A DNA stretch of 22,105 bases from positions 1 to 22,105 of the forward strand of contig JAYWEM010000093.1 in NCBI GenBank assembly GCA_043779265.1, written 5' to 3'. This document shows, piece after piece, positions 1 through 7,827 of the stretch (position 1 is its first letter; each line of letters starts with the position of its first letter). The notes under the pieces are model-generated. The model did no database searches. It was not told the DNA's origin and saw nothing but the letters and a program-made list of their open reading frames with translations. Origin of the DNA: a bacterium (GTDB lineage Bacteria; Eisenbacteria; RBG-16-71-46). Position numbers and translations under genes: made by a program.

Positions 1-102
1 GCCGCCACTGTTCGACACGAACAGGACCGTGCGGCCATCCGGCATCCAGGCGGGCCGCACGTTGTTCGTCCCGCTGAAGGTGAGCTTGGATGCCGCGCCT
101 CC
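1..102 (-). CDS. Fragment encoding a PD40/TolB-like beta-propeller repeat (no start visible, runs off the window)
   Basis: Manual translation of the minus frame from 102 gives GGAASKLTFSGTNNVRPAWMPDGRTVLFVSNSGG. This matches the xLT..g.n..PaWsPDGr.vlFvS PD40 repeat pattern. It is in a different frame from the pilS-like ORF and is not in the ORF track. Confidence 0.6.
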
Positions 103-107
103 TCGCG

Positions 108-422
108 AGCCGCGGCGAGGTAGGTGATGAACGCCGCATCGGCCAGGATATGCAGAGCCGCCTGGATCCGAACGCCCCGGTGCCATCGCGCCAATGCCGC
201 GAACGCAGCCGAAAGGAGTCCGACGGTCACCAGCGAGGTCCACAGCAGACCCAGCGGGTTATCCGTCACCTCCGGCCGCAGCAGGATGCCGAATGGCAAC
301 GCCAGGGACGCCACGAGGAGCCGCGCCAGCACGACGTGCTGGAGCGCTCCCCACGCACGACCCGCCCCCGGCCCTTCCAGGCCGACAGCGAGTCGCAGTG
401 GCGTTCCCGGGATCGCGGTCAT
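108..422 (-). CDS. pilS: N-terminal membrane region of a PilS-like sensor histidine kinase, apparently truncated or interrupted at about 105
   Basis: ATG at 422, 1 nt after the pilC stop. Manual translation MTAIPGTPLRLAVG...LQHVVLARLLVASLALPFGILL...LLWTSLVTVGLLSAAFAALARW...IQAALHILADAAFITYLAAA shows three hydrophobic helices with the R-L-L and D...IT features of PilS N-termini. Position after pilC fits. No kinase domain is visible. The frame stays open to the window edge but becomes non-protein-like after about 108. Confidence 0.6.
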
Positions 423-423
423 G

Positions 424-1641
424 TCAGTCGCCCTGCGAGACCACGGAGATCAGCTTGAACATCGGCAGGTACATGGCCACGACCATGCCGCCGACGATGC
501 CGCCCATGATGACGATCATGATCGGCTCGATGATCGAGGTCATCGTGTCGACGGCCGTGTCGACTTCGGCCTCGTAGAAGATGGCGATCTTGGTGAGCAT
601 CTCGTCGAGCGCACCCGTCTGCTCGCCGACCGCGATCATCTGCGTGACCATCGGCGGGAACACGCCCGACGCCTTCAACGGCGCCGAAACGGTCTCACCC
701 TCTCGGATCGAGGCTCGCGCATCCATGATGGCCTCGGCGATCACCTTGTTGCCAGCGGTGCGGGCGGTGATCTCGAGCCCGGCGAGGATCGGCACGCCCG
801 AACTGATGAGCGTACCCAGCGTGCGTGTGAAGCGCGCGACGGCGCCCTTCAAGAGCACATCGCCGAGCACCGGCATCTTGATCATCATGCCGTCGACCAC
901 ACGCTGACCGTTCTCGGTCGCGTAGTAGCGCTGCCCGCCGAGGACGCTGCCGACGATCGCCAGGATCGCCACCCACCAATAGCCGGTGAGGAGGCCCGAC
1001 ATCCCGAGCACGATCTTCGTCGGCAGCGGCAGCTCCCCGCCGAAGTCCGTGAACATCTTGGCGAAGGTCGGGATGATGAAGACCAGCATGAACGCCGTGG
1101 CACCGAGCGCCACGGTCAGCACGACGCCGGGATACACCATGGCGCTCTGGACTTTGCGCTTCAGCGCATCGGCCTTCTCGATGTAGGTCGCCAGACGCAG
1201 CAGGATCTCGTCCAGCACACCGCCGGCCTCGCCGGCGGCGACCATATTGCGGAACAGGTCGTCGAACACGGACTTGTACTTGCCCAGGGCGTCGGACAAC
1301 GTCGAGCCCGCCTCGACCTCACGCGTCACCTCGGTGATGACCTTGCCGAAGCTCGGCTTGCTGGACTGCTTGGCGAGGATGTCCAGGCACTGCACGAGCG
1401 GCAGTCCTGCCGAAATCATCGTCGCGAACTGGCGCGTGAAGATCGCCAGGTCCTTCGTGCTCACGCTGACGCCGCCGCCGAACTTCGGCATGACGAATCC
1501 GCCCGCCTTGGCGGCGAGCGAGGTCACCAGAATGCGCTTCTTGCGCAGGATATCGAGCGCCTCATCCTGACGCCCAGCTTCGATCTCACCGGCCTGGGAA
1601 TCCCCGGCGAGTGTCCGTCCCTTCCATACGAAGACCGGCAT
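424..1641 (-). CDS. pilC: Type IV pilus inner-membrane platform protein PilC (GspF family)
   Basis: FTRQFATMISAGLPLV, AGEAGGVLDEIL, SAMVYP, MIAVGEQTGALDEML, AMYLPMF motifs. Start moved to ATG 1641 (MPVFVWKGR) behind a strong AGGAGG SD. Confidence 0.96.
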   Translation of the reverse strand: MPVFVWKGRTLAGDSQAGEIEAGRQDEALDILRKKRILVTSLAAKAGGFVMPKFGGGVSVSTKDLAIFTRQFATMISAGLPLVQCLDILAKQSSKPSFGKVITEVTREVEAGSTLSDALGKYKSVFDDLFRNMVAAGEAGGVLDEILLRLATYIEKADALKRKVQSAMVYPGVVLTVALGATAFMLVFIIPTFAKMFTDFGGELPLPTKIVLGMSGLLTGYWWVAILAIVGSVLGGQRYYATENGQRVVDGMMIKMPVLGDVLLKGAVARFTRTLGTLISSGVPILAGLEITARTAGNKVIAEAIMDARASIREGETVSAPLKASGVFPPMVTQMIAVGEQTGALDEMLTKIAIFYEAEVDTAVDTMTSIIEPIMIVIMGGIVGGMVVAMYLPMFKLISVVSQGD

Positions 1642-1660
1642 CGGACTCTCTCCTCCTGTT

Positions 1661-2743
1661 TCAGGCTGCCGAGCGCAGGACCTTCTGGAGCATGCCTTCA
1701 AGCTCCATCCGGTCCGTGCTGCGGTCGAGCGCGTCTTCCGGCGTGATCTGCTTGTCGAGCACAGCTGACAGCAGCGATTGATTCATGGTCTGCATCCCGA
1801 ACTTCTGTCCCGCCTGCATCAGCGAGTAGACCTGATGGATCTTGCCCTCGCGGATCACGGCCTTGATGGCCGGCGTACACACGAGCACCTCGGCCGTCAT
1901 GACACGGCCCGTGCCGCGGCTGCGCGGAATGAGCTGCTGCGTGACCACTCCCTCCAGCGTGAATGCGAGCTGGGTGAGGATCTGCTTCTGCTTATCCGCC
2001 GGGAACACGTCGACGATGCGGTTGACCGCCTCGTACGTGGAGTTCGTGTGCAGCGTGGCGAAGACCAGGTGGCCCGTCTCGGCGATCGTGAGGGCGGCTT
2101 CGATGGTCTCGAGGTCGCGCATCTCACCGATCAGGATGATGTCCGGGTCCTGGCGGAGCACGTACTTCAGGGCCGTCGGGAACGAGGCGGTGTCCGCACC
2201 GACCTCACGCTGGTTCACGATGCACTTCTTGTGGTGATGGATGTACTCGATCGGGTCCTCGATCGTCATGATGTGCGCCTGACGCGTGCTGTTGATCTTG
2301 TCGATCATCGACGCCAGCGTCGTCGACTTGCCGGACCCGGTGGGACCGGTGATCAGCACGAGGCCCTTGTGACGCTTGGTGAACTCGCGGACGATCGGCG
2401 GCAGTCCGAGCTTCTCGAGGTCCAGGATGTCGTACGGGATCTGGCGGATGACCATCGAGACGACGCCGCGCTGCAGGAAGACGTTGGAACGGAAGCGAGA
2501 GAGGTTCTTCACGCCGAACGAGAAGTCGAGCTCCTTGCTGGTCTCGAACTTCTTGCGCTGCTCATCGCTCATGACGCTGTAGGCGAGCGACAGGCACTTG
2601 TCGGGTGTCAGTACCTCATATTCCGTGGGCGTGATGGCACCGTCGATTCGCATCTCGGGCGGCACGCCGGCCGTGAGATGGATATCGGATGCGCGACGCT
2701 GCACCATCTCCTCGAGCAGTTGACGCAGAGCGAGTTCAGCCAT
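1661..2743 (-). CDS. pilT: Type IV pilus retraction ATPase PilT
   Basis: ASDIHL, Walker A GPTGSGKSTT, TIEDPIEY, LRQDPDIILIGEMRD, TGHLVFATLH, AIRNLIRE-like AIKAVIRE, GMQTMNQSL. 360 aa with GAGAGGA SD. Confidence 0.96.
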   Translation of the reverse strand: MAELALRQLLEEMVQRRASDIHLTAGVPPEMRIDGAITPTEYEVLTPDKCLSLAYSVMSDEQRKKFETSKELDFSFGVKNLSRFRSNVFLQRGVVSMVIRQIPYDILDLEKLGLPPIVREFTKRHKGLVLITGPTGSGKSTTLASMIDKINSTRQAHIMTIEDPIEYIHHHKKCIVNQREVGADTASFPTALKYVLRQDPDIILIGEMRDLETIEAALTIAETGHLVFATLHTNSTYEAVNRIVDVFPADKQKQILTQLAFTLEGVVTQQLIPRSRGTGRVMTAEVLVCTPAIKAVIREGKIHQVYSLMQAGQKFGMQTMNQSLLSAVLDKQITPEDALDRSTDRMELEGMLQKVLRSAA

Positions 2744-2778
2744 GGTTTCCTCTCGGCGGGTCCCGCCGGTTTCGGCCG

Positions 2779-4473
<1,695 letters not shown>

Positions 4474-4701
4474 GCGATGAACCTCGCGAGCGAGAAGGTG
4501 CGATGTTGGCGATGCGAGCACTCGCGACTTCGCACCGGGGGATGCGCGTGCACGAACCGCCGATGCCGTGCAGACTGCGCTCGAGGGTCGTGCGCAAGCC
4601 GGGACAGCACTGGAGTCCCGGGGGTCTTCGGCACGTCGCCTCGGTGGACTGAAGCGGAAACTGCAAGGCGGGCTCACCCACAGCGCTGCAGGACGCAACG
4701 T

Positions 4702-5097
4702 TCAGCGCGACGGACCCACCCGGACGCGGCTCGAAAGCCGCTCGAACAGCCGCGGACCGATGCCGGGCACCGCGAGCAGGTCCTCGACACGCTCGAATCG
4801 CCCGAGTCGCCGACGTTCGGCGAGGATGCGCTCCGCCAATACCGGGCCGATCCCAGGGAGGGCATCGAGCGAGCGGGCGTCCGCATCGTTCAAGTCCAGT
4901 GGACCCGAACTCGCCGCTCGGGTCGCCGAGTCGGGGTCCACCGGGCGACCAGCGACGGCCGCGACCGCGGCGGGCCCGCTGGTGACTTGCGGCGGCGGCG
5001 CCGGCGGCCTCGTTCCTCTCCAGACATCGTGTCCCGCACCCACGATCAACAGGGCTGCGACCATCAAAGCGCCACGACGCTCCCCCGGTGTCCACAT
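4702..5097 (-). CDS. comEA: ComEA-family DNA-binding protein (N-terminal TM, Pro-rich linker, tandem helix-hairpin-helix)
   Basis: LDLNDADARSLDALPGIGPVLAERILAER...FERVEDLLAVPGIGPRLFERL (two HhH PGIG motifs). Hydrophobic N-terminus MWTPGERRGALMVAALLIVG. ATG 5097 is preceded by GGGAG at 8 nt. Confidence 0.9.
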   Translation of the reverse strand: MWTPGERRGALMVAALLIVGAGHDVWRGTRPPAPPPQVTSGPAAVAAVAGRPVDPDSATRAASSGPLDLNDADARSLDALPGIGPVLAERILAERRRLGRFERVEDLLAVPGIGPRLFERLSSRVRVGPSR

Positions 5098-5120
5098 CTG
5101 CACCACTCCCGCGGGGGCGG

Positions 5121-6890
5121 TCAGTCGAACAGGGGCCAGACGATCTCGAACGTGAGGTGGCGGCCGACATCGAGCGCCGGAGCGCCGGTAGCGGGGTCGA
5201 TCCAGACCTGAAGTCGCCTGCGATCCTCGAGGTTGGTGACCCGGATGCCCAGGGTCGCGTCGCCAAGCGTGGCACGCAGATGCGCCCCGAACGTGGCGTA
5301 GGCCGGCAGCCGCAGCGGATCGACGCCGTCGTAGACGGTGTACTCGAGGTCGCGCTCACCGACGACGGCCATCTGCAAGCGCAGCCTCACGGCGAGATCG
5401 CCCTGGAAGAGCCGCACGGCGCCCTCGGCTCCCGCTGTGCCTCCCATCCCGGGGTCGACGCTCGGCTGCCCGGAATCCGAAGGGCGACCCTGCACGAACG
5501 CGCTCGCATCGAGGGCCACGGGCCCCAAGTGTGCGCCACTCGAGAGCGAGAGCAGCGAGAGCGTGCTCAGATCGGCGTCACGCTGCCAACCGAGCCGGAG
5601 TGCGAGATCGCGAACCGGATAGCGCACCAGCGTGGCCCGCTGGTGGACGCGACCGAACGACACGACCGCCTTCGCCCACGTTCCATCGCTCGCGCCGACC
5701 CCCGCCTCGGCGCCACTCCACCACACGTCCTGCATGAATGCGGGCGTCGATGGCTCGAGATCGCTCCACACCGGCGTGATCGTGCGCTCGGCGAACACAC
5801 GCGCGTCCCAGCGCTCGCTTGGGCGATGCCACTCGATCGAGGGCGCCAACTGCCAGCGCTCGGCCGCTCTCTCGGGCGCGCTGTGGCGACCGCCGCCGAG
5901 CGAGGCCGCCAATCGGCCGCCTGCAAGCTCGCGCTCGAGCCCGAGCGAACTCCACCACCGGCCCGCCTTCCACTCGCGGCGCGGCTCGCTCGAGCCCGGC
6001 GTCACACGCACGACGCGCTCGCTCCCCAGGGTCAGCGCCAGACTCAGGCGCCCGAGCGTCATCGAGTCGGCCACTTCGATGGTCCCCTGGTTGGTTGCGG
6101 CGTCACGGCGTGACTCGGCGAACAAGATGCCGTGCCCGCGCGACCCGCGACCCTCATGCGAGCGGATCGCCTGGACGCGCATCGAGCGCGACGCGCTCGA
6201 CCAGCGCCACTGGGCCTCTCCGTTCTCGCCGCGACCGCCCTCACGCACGCCGCCCACGGCCTGCTCGTTGCCGTACCCGGTCTGCGTGTAGCGAGCCGAG
6301 GACTCATGATCACCTCGGATCGTGCCGCCCGAGGCGAACCAAAGATGCTCGCCCGAGAGCCCCATCGAGCCCAGTTCGGAGCGCCGCGCGCCATGACTGC
6401 CCCCTCGGAACCAGGCGCGGTCATCGCCCTTGGCGATGAGCAGTCCGTTGTGATCGACAGCCGATGCCCCATTGAGCAGCGTGAACATGGCGCGCGCCTT
6501 GCGCGAGGCGGGCTGCTCGACGTGGGACTCGAGCCGAGCGAGGCTCGCGGCGAATCCATCGACCGCACCCATGCCGCCCATCCGCACCGAGATGGAGTCC
6601 GACCACGCCGAAGGCGGGGCGGCTTCGAGCAGACCGGCGCTTCCGAGCGGAGCGCTCCCGAACGGATCGCTCCACCCCCAGCCCGAGGCCGTGAGTCCCA
6701 TGAAGACGGCCTGGGGTCCCAGCAACCACTCGGCATCGTTCGTCCAGGCGAGGGAGCCGGCCGCGGCGAAGCCCGCTGGGGCGCTCGCGCTGCGAGCACC
6801 CGAGAACCGGGTCAGTCCGGCATCCACCGGCGTTGCGACGATCGGGATCAGCGCGAGCGACAGAGCGCTCGGCAGGAACAGGCGGCGGAT
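5121..6890 (-). CDS. Hypothetical exported protein, probable outer-membrane beta-barrel (putative porin/TonB-receptor-like), about 589 aa
   Basis: Signal-peptide-like N-terminus (M)RRLFLPSALSLALIPIVATPVDA. Many alternating amphipathic G/W/R-rich strands. Late NLED/RHLTFEIVWPLFD ending typical of barrel C-terminal strands. The ORF-track start at 7175 overlaps the PHP gene and is implausible. Start is uncertain (ATC 6890 or GTG 6965). Confidence 0.65.
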   Translation of the reverse strand: MRRLFLPSALSLALIPIVATPVDAGLTRFSGARSASAPAGFAAAGSLAWTNDAEWLLGPQAVFMGLTASGWGWSDPFGSAPLGSAGLLEAAPPSAWSDSISVRMGGMGAVDGFAASLARLESHVEQPASRKARAMFTLLNGASAVDHNGLLIAKGDDRAWFRGGSHGARRSELGSMGLSGEHLWFASGGTIRGDHESSARYTQTGYGNEQAVGGVREGGRGENGEAQWRWSSASRSMRVQAIRSHEGRGSRGHGILFAESRRDAATNQGTIEVADSMTLGRLSLALTLGSERVVRVTPGSSEPRREWKAGRWWSSLGLERELAGGRLAASLGGGRHSAPERAAERWQLAPSIEWHRPSERWDARVFAERTITPVWSDLEPSTPAFMQDVWWSGAEAGVGASDGTWAKAVVSFGRVHQRATLVRYPVRDLALRLGWQRDADLSTLSLLSLSSGAHLGPVALDASAFVQGRPSDSGQPSVDPGMGGTAGAEGAVRLFQGDLAVRLRLQMAVVGERDLEYTVYDGVDPLRLPAYATFGAHLRATLGDATLGIRVTNLEDRRRLQVWIDPATGAPALDVGRHLTFEIVWPLFD

Positions 6891-6987
6891 GGTGGCTGCC
6901 TCCGTCAGGGTGGGCGTCGGGTGCGACGCGCAGCCTATCGCGTCCGGTCCTCCGACCGCCAGCACGGCACATCTGCCGCGCGGCGAC

Positions 6988-7827
6988 TCAGGCGGTGGTG
7001 CGCTCGAGCAGTTGTTCGAGCACAGTCCGGGGGACCGGCTGGCTCCCGAGATCGGCGCCACGCAGGGGACCATGGAAGTCGGAACCACCGCACGCGACCA
7101 GTCCGAGACGTTCTGCCTCGGCGTGCCACCGACGCTGGATGGCCGCGCCGTGCACCGGATGCCAGACCTCGACACCGGTGAGCCCGACTGCCTCCAGCCG
7201 CTCGAGCATCAGCGGTGTGACGCTCTGAGCCGGGTGCGCCACGACCGCGCAGCCGCCGGCCGCCCGGATCACCGCGACCGCTTCCTCGGAAGGGAACGCG
7301 GGGCGCTGCACATAGGCGCTGGCGTTGAATCCGAGGAAGCGCTGGAATGCCTCGTCGACCCCGCGCACATGCCCTGCGCGCAGGAGCGCCTGGGCGACAT
7401 GCGGGCGTCCCACCACTCCGGGGCCGGCGCCCGCGAAGACCTCATCGATATCGATCGGCGCGCCGAGCTCGCCGAGCTTGCGGGAGATCGCGCGCGCGCG
7501 CTCGCGCCGCTCCTCGCGGAAGCCCTCGAGCCGCGCACGGAGGGCGGCATCGTCGGGCTTCAGATGGTAGCCGAGGATGTGGATGTCCAAGCCGTCCATC
7601 GTCGAGGACAGTTCGATGCCCGGGATGATGGTGAGGTGTTCGCCGGCAGCCTCGATCGAGGACGCGATCCCATCGACCGTGTCGTGGTCGGTGATCGCGA
7701 GTGTGTCCACGTCGACTTCGATCGCGCGCGCCACGAGTTCGGCCGGAGACAGAAGTCCGTCGCTGAAGTGCGTGTGCGCGTGCAACTCGAAGCGGCGGCC
7801 GCGGACGGCGGACCGCCCGGGGCTCAT
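6988..7827 (-). CDS. PHP-domain metal-dependent phosphoesterase (YciV/TrpH-like)
   Basis: ELHAHTHFSDG, AITDHDT, PGIELS, HILGY, GRPHVAQAL, AHP, GGSDFHG motifs. ATGA overlap with the upstream TPR gene. Confidence 0.92.
   Translation of the reverse strand: MSPGRSAVRGRRFELHAHTHFSDGLLSPAELVARAIEVDVDTLAITDHDTVDGIASSIEAAGEHLTIIPGIELSSTMDGLDIHILGYHLKPDDAALRARLEGFREERRERARAISRKLGELGAPIDIDEVFAGAGPGVVGRPHVAQALLRAGHVRGVDEAFQRFLGFNASAYVQRPAFPSEEAVAVIRAAGGCAVVAHPAQSVTPLMLERLEAVGLTGVEVWHPVHGAAIQRRWHAEAERLGLVACGGSDFHGPLRGADLGSQPVPRTVLEQLLERTTA

Noticed and set aside
4474..4698. 75-aa N-terminal extension of PilB in the ORF track, and similar extensions for PilC (1642-1701), HutH (20014-20172) and the barrel (6891-7175)
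   Set aside because: The extensions are non-protein-like or overlap upstream genes. The downstream starts have good SD sequences and give family-typical lengths.
4474..4701. c-di-GMP-I (GEMM) riboswitch upstream of pilB
   Set aside because: The characteristic GGCAAACC...GAAA...GGACGCAAAGC pattern was not found on the coding strand. Only generic hairpins are present.
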